Origin: an uncultured Eubacteriales bacterium
GTDB lineage: Bacteria; Bacillota; Clostridia; Christensenellales; CAG-917
Length of the DNA: 64,000 nt
Direction of reading: 5' to 3'
NCBI GenBank assembly: GCA_900322215.1
Contig: ONYW01000004.1
Coordinates: forward strand, 1,015 to 65,014
Numbering within the stretch: the first letter of the stretch is position 1; every line of letters starts with the position of its first letter. Both the position numbers and the translations under genes were made by a program. The notes below the pieces were generated by a model that saw nothing but the letters and a program-made list of their open reading frames with translations, did not search any database and was not told the DNA's origin. Below, piece after piece: positions 1-7,032 of the stretch.

Positions 1-503
1 CGAACGATAAGTTCTTCCGCGGCGTCACGCGTTATCGGCACGGACGGTTCCTCAGAGAGAATTTTGTTTATCTCCAAAATGAGTTCTTCGTCTTCGAGGC
101 GAGAGCAGTCGATAGTTGTCGCCTTCTTTTGCTTGAACGTCTTGTTTTGGTCTCCGAGCACTACGATGACAAAAACTGACGTCGGCGACGGCGCCTTGAC
201 GTACTCGTCGCAAAAATTTTTGACGGTTTCGGGCGTCTTGTCGTCCGCATAGTAGACGACCACTCTCACGCTGTCGAACATAGGGTAGGTGTCGAGCGCG
301 TCTTTGAGTTCGTCCGCCTGCGCGTCGGGCTGGAACTTTGCAAAATTGAAATCCGCATAGTCCTTGTCAAGCGCGCCCTCAAAGGCTTTTAGCGCGAGTT
401 CTTTGAGATAGTCGTCCTCGCCCGCCACGATATAGAGCGGAGCAAAGTCCTCTGCCCCTCTCAAAACGCTCTCGATATGGCTTTCAAGTTCTACAAATCT
501 CAT
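1..503 (-). CDS. holA: DNA polymerase III delta subunit (HolA-like), N-terminal part, truncated by the window edge
   Basis: My own minus-strand translation from the ATG (cat at 501-503) gives MRFVELESHIESVLRGAEDFAPLYIVAGEDDYLKELALKAFEGALDKDYADFNF... It stays open to position 1. It is absent from the ORF track because no stop lies in the window. The layout resembles the HolA N-terminal domain. Confidence 0.5.
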   Translation of the reverse strand, partial: MRFVELESHIESVLRGAEDFAPLYIVAGEDDYLKELALKAFEGALDKDYADFNFAKFQPDAQADELKDALDTYPMFDSVRVVVYYADDKTPETVKNFCDEYVKAPSPTSVFVIVVLGDQNKTFKQKKATTIDCSRLEDEELILEINKILSEEPSVPITRDAAEELIV

Positions 504-621
504 AAGACCTCTTGTGCGCTATGTGCGCGCATTGCGCAGTAGTATAGTTTATGATAACACTCTTTTTAGTATATGTAAAGCGCACGCACAAAATCCAAGC
601 AGGTATTTTTCTCTTTCAAAC

Positions 622-646
622 AAAAAAAGCAACCACAAGTGGTTGC
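622..646 (-). terminator. Intrinsic terminator after the substrate-binding protein gene
   Basis: Stem GCAACCAC / GTGGTTGC at 629-646, with an A7 run on the plus strand (T-run on the minus strand) just downstream of the stop at 675. Confidence 0.7.
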
Positions 647-674
647 TCACATCGTTCATATTCGCATTGCGCCG

Positions 675-1541
675 TCATTTGCGGTTGTACTCGGCGGACA
701 GGGCGTTTGCCACCGCCGCATCGACCATGACAAACTCTATCTTGCCGTTTAGCATCGCGTCGACCGCTTGATGTACGCTGTCAAACCCCACCCCGGTGAC
801 TGAAAAACTCTCGGCGTATTCTTCGGACTTGCCATAGAGATAGTAGTAGGCGGTAGAGCCGTACTGGTAGCCGAACGTTCTCGATTCGTCCATACCGCGA
901 ATGACGTTTCTCACGTCTTCCGCGCTCGAACAGTTTTCAAAAGTCTTGTCACCTGCGCGCGTCATAATGACTTGCCCTGCAACGTAATAACTGTTTGAAA
1001 ACGTGATGAGGGATTTGCGTTGTTCAAGCACGGAGACAGCCGCGATAGCGACGTCGGCGTGCCCCATTTGCAGTTCATAAAAAATGGATTCGAACACAAC
1101 GTTTTTGATGACGAGTTTCCTGCCGAGACGCTTTGCAAAAGCGGCGGCGATTTCGATGTCTACGCCGTAATAGGTGCCGTCTACAACGTACTCGAACGGA
1201 TTGAAGTCCGCGCTTGTCACGACGACGAGCGCATTCGTAGAATTTTGCGGAGCGGATTTGACTCCGACGGGCGTGCCCCCTCCGAAATACTTTGCGACTA
1301 TCTTGTTGAAGGTGCCGTTGGACTTGATTTCAATGAGAAAATCGTTGATTTCGGCAAGCATTGCCGAGTCCGTGCGGTTGACGCAAAGCGCGTACTCCTC
1401 GGACGTCAACTTGAAGTTCACGATTCGGACTTTGTCTTTCTTTCCGCAAGCGGTGAGCGAAAACAGCACCGAGCAGACGACCGCAAAGACGAGTATTGAG
1501 AGTGACAACGTGGATTTGTGTTTCAATTTTTTACCCTTCAA
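675..1541 (-). CDS. Amino-acid ABC transporter substrate-binding lipoprotein (family 3 SBP)
   Basis: Signal peptide with lipobox LTAC-GKK. The core IAAAFAKRLGRKLVIKNVVFESIFYELQMGHADVAIAAVSVLEQRKSLITFSNSYY matches the polar amino-acid SBP pattern. No permease or ATPase gene is adjacent. Confidence 0.8.
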   Translation of the reverse strand: MKGKKLKHKSTLSLSILVFAVVCSVLFSLTACGKKDKVRIVNFKLTSEEYALCVNRTDSAMLAEINDFLIEIKSNGTFNKIVAKYFGGGTPVGVKSAPQNSTNALVVVTSADFNPFEYVVDGTYYGVDIEIAAAFAKRLGRKLVIKNVVFESIFYELQMGHADVAIAAVSVLEQRKSLITFSNSYYVAGQVIMTRAGDKTFENCSSAEDVRNVIRGMDESRTFGYQYGSTAYYYLYGKSEEYAESFSVTGVGFDSVHQAVDAMLNGKIEFVMVDAAVANALSAEYNRK

Positions 1542-1717
1542 AAGAATACCCTCACTATATCACACAAGCACCCTTGCGAGCAAACGCTTTAAGAGGTATT
1601 TTTTGAAATAAATTCAAAATTTTTCATACAAAAATTCAATTTTGACAAAATTGCGTCAAGTGACGACAAGCGTTTGACGAAAGCGTCAAAAGATATTATC
1701 ATAAAAGCGGTGAAACT

Positions 1718-2575
1718 ATGGCATACAAAGTTGCGTACATTTCAAAAAACGGCAAATTCGACGCGGCGAGCGAGTTTGAAAATTTCGCTTCTTCAAACGG
1801 CGTTCGTTTCGTCGTGGAAAAGTTTGACACAACCGCTCAAAAGGCATTTAGCGCACAAGCGCTGACCTCTTTTGACGCGGTCGTTCTCAGCTCCTACCTC
1901 GGAGCGGGCGACGAGTTTGCGACGTCTATCGCAAAGTCTTTGTCGCTCTATGCAAAATGCGTGTTCAAAATGCAAGATTCAAGTGTTCTAACGCACTCAA
2001 ATCTCGTCATCGTGACCGACGCGCACCGCAAATCGGACGGCGGTTTTGCGACGGACAACGAGTTTGGAAGATACGCGCACGCAAGTCTTAGATACAGCGA
2101 ACTCGAGATTGAGAGGACGGCAAGAACGGCGTATGAACTCGCGGAAAAACGCTCGCGACTTTTGACTCTTTCGGACGCGCAAGACGGCTCGCACGTTTCG
2201 GCTTTGTGGCGCAAAATCACGAGCGATATAAACGAGGACTACCCGTCCGTACACTTAGAGTTTGAAAGCACTTTCGACACCGCTCGTAAACTGGCTGAAA
2301 ACGGACAAACCTACGACGTGATTTTGACAAAGCATTCAAACGCGGACGCCCTGTCCGGCGTTGCCGACGCGTGCAGTCCCCTCGGAGAAGGCACAAGCCC
2401 CGTAGCATATCTCGGCGAGACGACTGTCGGGTTGTATTCAACCGAGCGCGCTCTTGCTGGCTCTCGCCTGTTTGACGCGCTGTCTTTTGCAAAAATGCTC
2501 GAACTCTCCTTTGACCTCCCCGCCCTTTCGCAGGAATGGGCAAAGCAAATAAGCAAACTTTTGTTGCAAAATTGA
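1718..2575 (+). CDS. Isocitrate/isopropylmalate dehydrogenase-family protein, short and apparently non-catalytic
   Basis: Colinear with LeuB/Icd blocks: NLVIVTD vs VLIVRE; YSELEIERTARTAYELAEKRSRLLTLSDAQD vs YSxxEVERVARVAFEAARKRRKxVxSVDKAN; YDVILTKHSNADALSG vs FDVVVTxNxFGDILSD. The catalytic Lys (KAN), the second Asp of GDILSD and the HGSAPDIAG block are replaced. Confidence 0.55.
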   Translation: MAYKVAYISKNGKFDAASEFENFASSNGVRFVVEKFDTTAQKAFSAQALTSFDAVVLSSYLGAGDEFATSIAKSLSLYAKCVFKMQDSSVLTHSNLVIVTDAHRKSDGGFATDNEFGRYAHASLRYSELEIERTARTAYELAEKRSRLLTLSDAQDGSHVSALWRKITSDINEDYPSVHLEFESTFDTARKLAENGQTYDVILTKHSNADALSGVADACSPLGEGTSPVAYLGETTVGLYSTERALAGSRLFDALSFAKMLELSFDLPALSQEWAKQISKLLLQN

Positions 2576-2620
2576 AAAACATAGTTTATAATTAGCATAT
2601 CAATTTTTTGGAGAACGATT

Positions 2621-2848
2621 ATGGTACTTGAAAAAGTTAAACAACTTATAGCAGAACAAATGGATATAGACGCAAGCACAATTACGCCGGACAGCGATAT
2701 CATCAAGGATCTCGGCGCAGACAGCCTCGACATCGTCGAAATGCTCATGAACCTTGAGAGCGAATGGGGCGTTGTCATCGATGACGACGACGTTCCGACG
2801 CTCCACACTATCGGCGACGTCGTGAAGTATATCGAAGCGCACAAATAA
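2621..2848 (+). CDS. acpP: Acyl carrier protein
   Basis: 75 aa and acidic, with the phosphopantetheine attachment motif LGADSLDIVEMLMNLE. Confidence 0.9.
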   Translation: MVLEKVKQLIAEQMDIDASTITPDSDIIKDLGADSLDIVEMLMNLESEWGVVIDDDDVPTLHTIGDVVKYIEAHK

Positions 2849-2866
2849 TCACCGACTACTCAAAAA

Positions 2867-2899
2867 GCACCCCGCCAAGTATGTTTGGCGGGGTGTTTT
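2867..2899. terminator. Bidirectional intrinsic terminator between the convergent ACP and PPTase genes
   Basis: GCACCCCGCCAA ... TTGGCGGGGTG stem flanked by A-rich sequence upstream and TTTTG downstream. Confidence 0.7.
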
Positions 2900-2914
2900 G
2901 TTAAACTTAAAACA

Positions 2915-3409
2915 TTATTCTATTTGATTCAAATCCATGCAATAAGCGCGTACGCTTTGTTCTTCGTCAGTGCAAATGCAGACGTGGTAGTCGTCAAAGA
3001 CGTCAAAGTGTTCAAAGTGCTTGTCGGTCGGAAGACTTTCGCGGATAGAGGCTATACCCTCGCCCGTGAATTTGACGTAGCTCTCTCTTTCCGTCCACTT
3101 TTCAAAGAACTCCTGCTCATCCTCGGCTTCTATAAACTTGAACTTTGCAAAGTCAATTTCGCGCACCTTTTCGATATCGACACCTATCGGCGAATAGGAT
3201 ATGCCGACGACGATGACGCCGTGCGAGTGCGAGAGGTTGAAATGCACCTCGTCCGTATCGAAGCGAGGTTTTTTGCCCTCCGCCCTTATGATTTGCACCT
3301 TCTCGGGCAGTTCGTTGCCGAGCGAGGTCATAATGTTTTTATAGTGTGAGTAGCAGTAGAGGACAAACTTGTCGCTGTCCACTTCTCCCTGCGCGAAAAA
3401 CAGTATCAT
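2915..3409 (-). CDS. 4-prime-phosphopantetheinyl transferase (Sfp-type, short)
   Basis: Motifs GKKPRF, FNLSHSHG, GVDIE and WTERESYVKFTG. The start overlaps the coaX stop (ATGA). Confidence 0.8.
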   Translation of the reverse strand: MILFFAQGEVDSDKFVLYCYSHYKNIMTSLGNELPEKVQIIRAEGKKPRFDTDEVHFNLSHSHGVIVVGISYSPIGVDIEKVREIDFAKFKFIEAEDEQEFFEKWTERESYVKFTGEGIASIRESLPTDKHFEHFDVFDDYHVCICTDEEQSVRAYCMDLNQIE

Positions 3410-4191
3410 AATCCTTTTGAGAGGTCGTAAACGTATTTGAGACCTTTGAGCGCGAGCGCGCGGTCTACAACGTCCAAAATGTCAGGCTCGGTGTTCTCGA
3501 CGAGTTCGGAAAGGCCGCCTGTCGCAACCACCTTTGCTCCCTTCATTTCGGGCAGTGCCTTATACTTTTCAAGCATATACTTAACAAGTCCGGTATAACC
3601 GTAGATTATACCGCTTTGCATACACGTCTTTGTGGAAGTGCCCACTATGCTTGCGGGCGGAGTGAGTTCTATTCTCGGGAGTTTCGCCGCCGTCGTGACG
3701 AGCGATTCGGTCGCGGTCTTTATGCCGGGCGCGATCGCTCCGCCGATGTATACTCCGTCTTTCGTCACAAGGTTGAAAGTCGTTGCGGAGCCGAAGTCCA
3801 CCACGATGACAGGCCCGCCGTAGAGGTGATATGCGGCAGCCGCCCCGACCATTCTGTCCGTGCCGAGTTCCGCAGGGTTGTCATATCTAAGGCTTATGCC
3901 GAGTTTCGTCTCGTGCGTGACGGTCAGCGGATTCTTGCCCGTGTAGAATCTGCACATGTGCTCTATCGTATAGTTGAGCGCAGGCGCCACCGACGACATA
4001 ACGCACGCCTCGACGTCCTCAAAGCTCACGCCCTTTTGACGGAGCAGGTCGTAGATCACCATGCCGTATTCGTCGGCAGTCTTGCTCGCCGCCGTCGACA
4101 CACGCCAGGACGCGACAAGTTCCTCTCCGTCAAACGCCCCGATCTTTATATTCGTATTTCCAATATCAAGTGTAAGTATCATGGTTTTCAA
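3406..4191 (-). CDS. coaX: Type III pantothenate kinase
   Basis: N-terminus LTLDIGNTNIKIGAFDG, an ASKHA fold pattern, and DRALALKGL near the C-terminus. Confidence 0.9.
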   Translation of the reverse strand: MKTMILTLDIGNTNIKIGAFDGEELVASWRVSTAASKTADEYGMVIYDLLRQKGVSFEDVEACVMSSVAPALNYTIEHMCRFYTGKNPLTVTHETKLGISLRYDNPAELGTDRMVGAAAAYHLYGGPVIVVDFGSATTFNLVTKDGVYIGGAIAPGIKTATESLVTTAAKLPRIELTPPASIVGTSTKTCMQSGIIYGYTGLVKYMLEKYKALPEMKGAKVVATGGLSELVENTEPDILDVVDRALALKGLKYVYDLSKGL

Positions 4192-4304
4192 CCACCTTGT
4201 TATTTCTTTGATGTTTCAAACAGCCGTGCGCCTTTCTCCTTTTCACGCACGCACCGCTCAATTTTTTATTATACCAAATCTTAAATGGATTATCAACAAA
4301 TATT

Positions 4305-4751
4305 TTAATTCGCAAATAGAATTGCAATAGTGCAGACAAACGAATATATATCAAATAGTAGCGTTGGCAAAAAGATGAGAGCGAGAGTCACGTCTTTTGT
4401 GAGAAAGCGGACAAAGAGAATATAAGAAAAGGCAAGCGCAAACGTCATCGCGACAAAAGCAAACAACAGGTTTTTGAGTGTGAAAAACGCTATGACAAAG
4501 AGAACGCAGGACGCGCCGAGAAGCGCAAAGAAGAGCATGGACGGAAAAATATGTTTGTGTTCGACAAGCCTAGTGATAGATAAAATCGAGGACAAATAAC
4601 TCACGACCACAAACCCGCTGAAAAATCCGCCTGATAGCACAAACGCAGGTTTTGCGAGCATATAATACCACTTAAAGTCCGTTTTGAAGAAATACGAGCA
4701 TAGCCCCGCGACGATGAGCGTCGCAAAGACCGCAACAACTAAGCCTATCAT
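4305..4751 (-). CDS. Multi-pass membrane protein, possibly TspO/MBR-like
   Basis: Start taken at the internal Met (MIGLVVAVF, cat at 4749-4751). About 5 hydrophobic helices. FKWYYMLAKPAF resembles the TspO WYxxLxKPxW motif, but the Trp content is low. Confidence 0.4.
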   Translation of the reverse strand: MIGLVVAVFATLIVAGLCSYFFKTDFKWYYMLAKPAFVLSGGFFSGFVVVSYLSSILSITRLVEHKHIFPSMLFFALLGASCVLFVIAFFTLKNLLFAFVAMTFALAFSYILFVRFLTKDVTLALIFLPTLLFDIYSFVCTIAILFAN

Positions 4752-4861
4752 TCGCTTTAAGTGTTCCACACAAAAATATATTATCAATTCGCATTTTGTA
4801 TCACCAAAATTTTGCGACTTGCGTATGGTAAAGTAGCAAACCAAAATATAGGAGGTACATA

Positions 4862-5056
4862 ATGAATTTCTTTACAAACGGAACTGGCAACGGCTGCGGC
4901 TGTGGCACTTGTGACATCATCTATCTCTTGCTGCTCTTGAACTGCATGGGCGGCATGAACTTCTGCGGCACAAACGGATGCGACATCATTTGGCTCATCC
5001 TCATTCTCAACTGCTTCTGCGGTGGCAACAACAACATCGGATGCGGTTGCAAATAA
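4862..5056 (+). CDS. Cys/Gly-rich small protein with an internal duplication (function unknown)
   Basis: GGAGG at 4851-4855, 6 nt before the ATG. 64 aa with 10 Cys and 13 Gly. Two similar units: GTCDIIYLLLLLNCMGG and NGCDIIWLILILNCFCGG. A plus-strand terminator lies at 5269-5297. Confidence 0.6.
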   Translation: MNFFTNGTGNGCGCGTCDIIYLLLLLNCMGGMNFCGTNGCDIIWLILILNCFCGGNNNIGCGCK

Positions 5057-5180
5057 AACGGCGTGATTGAGCGACCTGCTGTGTTATCGCGCCTTGTCTG
5101 TTCAACCGTGTACGCCAATGTACACTGGGTTGCCCATCCAAAGCGCAATGCCTTGCATCTCATCTCAATCACACCGTTTT
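5055..5180 (+). repeat. Copy 1 of a roughly 125-nt structured repeat family
   Basis: Shares the boxes GAGCGACCTGC..TGT and CCTTGCATCTCATCTCA with 22564-22690 and 55696-55819. Outer arms AAAACGGcGTGATTGAG / CTCAATCACaCCGTTTT pair with each other. Internal hairpin GTGTAC-gccaat-GTACAC. Confidence 0.75.
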
Positions 5181-5268
5181 ACAAAAAGCAATTAGCCACA
5201 AACAGTGCTTGATGGCACGCACTGTGTGCGGGAAGTTTATCAATCTGTCTACACTCGTAGAAGAACAA

Positions 5269-5297
5269 GGGCGATGCCACTCGGCACCGCCCTTTTT
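5269..5297 (+). terminator. Intrinsic terminator for the small-peptide transcript
   Basis: GGGCGATGCC-actc-GGCACCGCCC followed by TTTTT. Confidence 0.7.
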
Positions 5298-5326
5298 AAC
5301 TTACGTTTAACTTTTACATCAAACGC

Positions 5327-6475
5327 TTATCTTTCTCCATTATTATAATTTTCTATTAGCGCATTTAACATATCTGAATCAAAAACAATCTCACTGCCAT
5401 CTGTGTATTCAATGTGTATATAGTTAATCCCTATTTTTGAAATAGAACTGTTGTACCAATAATTCTGAGCTTTTGCCTCTTTTGCTTCTCCTGATGCTAT
5501 TGGACCCGTCATTTTGACTGGCCTAACTCCAGAACCTCTAACCTCACAATATACTTCGTCTCCTACCGCATTTTTAGCTGCAAATCCTACATGAAAGTAC
5601 TTAATTGTTTTAGAACTTTTATTCTTAATTCCCATAGTCACATCTACTCCGCCAACAGAATTTGGTTTGCTTCTCACAAGTTTAGTTATAGAGAGAATTG
5701 ACCTAACCTGTTGTCTAATTTGTTCTTTCACTGCCTTCTCTTGATATGATTTATAGAGTTGTCTTTCACTATCGCTAATGCTTTTGATGTATTGTCCATC
5801 ATATAAATTTAATCTAGTGCCAGAAGTGCTAGACGAATTGCTATATACTCTTATAAACTCAGTTTTGCCGTCTTTTAAACCTAAGTCTACGACCAATCCA
5901 TCACACACAATCAAAATTGTTTCTATACCGTTTTCTTTCCACCCATAAGAAGAATCATCAATTTTATCGAATCCGACTTTCTTCAAATTTGCTATTACAT
6001 CATTAAGTTGACTATCATTAATATCAACATGTTGTTGTATAAGCACTCTATTTTTCTCATCAACTGTATATGATGGATTAGAGCCACCGCTAATAACGAA
6101 CTTTTTTGTTGACGTGACTATGTTTCCATCTTTTGTTTGTGCATGAATTTTTAAAACGCCATTATATTTTGCCTCAACTTTATATGAGATTTTACCTTCT
6201 TCCTTTTTCCCTATTGTAATTTCTGCAATCTTCGGGTTGTCGCAAACTATCTCTATGTCTTTAGAATTATAATTTGCTGGCTGAATATTTATATAGCCCT
6301 CATACTCGTCTCCATACCAACCAAACAAACCATGAAAGCCAAGTTTTTCTTCTGAAAGCGAATCAAATTCCATGCTTGTAATCGGATCTCCATCACTAAA
6401 ATCACATGCGCACAATCCAATTAAACAGCTGACTATTATCAAAATACTAACAAATATTAAAACTAATTTCTTCAT
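5327..6475 (-). CDS. Hypothetical surface lipoprotein on an AT-rich segment
   Basis: Signal peptide plus a Cys-containing lipobox (IGLCAC). Visibly more AT-rich than the flanks. I recognise no family motif. Confidence 0.6.
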   Translation of the reverse strand: MKKLVLIFVSILIIVSCLIGLCACDFSDGDPITSMEFDSLSEEKLGFHGLFGWYGDEYEGYINIQPANYNSKDIEIVCDNPKIAEITIGKKEEGKISYKVEAKYNGVLKIHAQTKDGNIVTSTKKFVISGGSNPSYTVDEKNRVLIQQHVDINDSQLNDVIANLKKVGFDKIDDSSYGWKENGIETILIVCDGLVVDLGLKDGKTEFIRVYSNSSSTSGTRLNLYDGQYIKSISDSERQLYKSYQEKAVKEQIRQQVRSILSITKLVRSKPNSVGGVDVTMGIKNKSSKTIKYFHVGFAAKNAVGDEVYCEVRGSGVRPVKMTGPIASGEAKEAKAQNYWYNSSISKIGINYIHIEYTDGSEIVFDSDMLNALIENYNNGER

Positions 6476-6508
6476 TTGCTCTCTCCTTTAATATATAGCA
6501 ATATTATA

Positions 6509-6555
6509 AACTAACTAATGGTTAGTTGTCAATATAAAGTCTAACTATTGGTTAT
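6509..6555. promoter_or_regulatory. Two candidate operator half-palindromes in the divergent promoter region
   Basis: AACTAACtaatgGTTAGTT at 6509-6527 and the related CTAACTATTGGTTAT at 6541-6555, between the lipoprotein gene and the XRE gene. Confidence 0.4.
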
Positions 6556-6585
6556 AGAATAAATCCATAAGGAGATACTTGGCTT

Positions 6586-6792
6586 ATGGATAATAGAATT
6601 AAGGAAAGATTGGCGGAAGAGATAAAACTCAGCGGGCTGACGACAGTTGAAATTGCCAAGCGAGTGGGCGTGTCTCCTGAAATGATAACGCAGTACAAGA
6701 CGACGAAAAAACTGCCGAAACTCGACACTTTTGCAAAACTTTGCGAGGTGCTTGACCTGTCGGCAGACGACATTTTGGGACTGAAAAAATGA
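6586..6792 (+). CDS. XRE-family helix-turn-helix transcriptional regulator
   Basis: 68 aa. HTH_3 pattern LSGLTTVEIAKRVGVSPEMITQYKTTKKLPKLDTFAKLCEVLDLSADDILG. AAGGAG RBS. Confidence 0.85.
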   Translation: MDNRIKERLAEEIKLSGLTTVEIAKRVGVSPEMITQYKTTKKLPKLDTFAKLCEVLDLSADDILGLKK

Positions 6793-6794
6793 AA

Positions 6795-6820
6795 AGACCC
6801 CAGTGGCGGGTCTTTTTTTC
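6795..6820 (+). terminator. Intrinsic terminator after the XRE gene
   Basis: AGACCC..GCGGGTCT imperfect stem followed by T7. Confidence 0.6.
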
Positions 6821-7032
6821 TTTTATTGAACACTACACTAACAAACCCAAAATCCAAGTCATGTCATGACAAAACAATCTACATTCACGCCTTATATAAT
6901 CCTTCCCCTTGAGGGGAGGCTAATTTCCTGCCAATAGTGCGGTTTTGTTTGACTTTATTTTTGCAATCATTTATATTTATAAAACAAAATATAATTGGTG
7001 CACTATTCCAAGTGCATGCAAGGAGAATTATT

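Noticed and set aside
1673-1690. Palindrome TTTGACG-aaag-CGTCAAA upstream of the dehydrogenase-like gene, as a possible operator
   Set aside because: It is a single copy that overlaps a plausible -35 hexamer, and no cognate regulator is nearby. It may simply be promoter sequence, so support is insufficient to call a site.
6858-7032. Possible T-box leader upstream of glyQS
   Set aside because: Glycyl-tRNA ligase genes in Firmicutes often have T-box leaders. Here the spacer is only about 175 nt. I could not find the conserved T-box sequence (AAnnGGGTGGTACCGCG-like) or a specifier/antiterminator arrangement; only a CCTCCCC/GGGGAGG hairpin is present.
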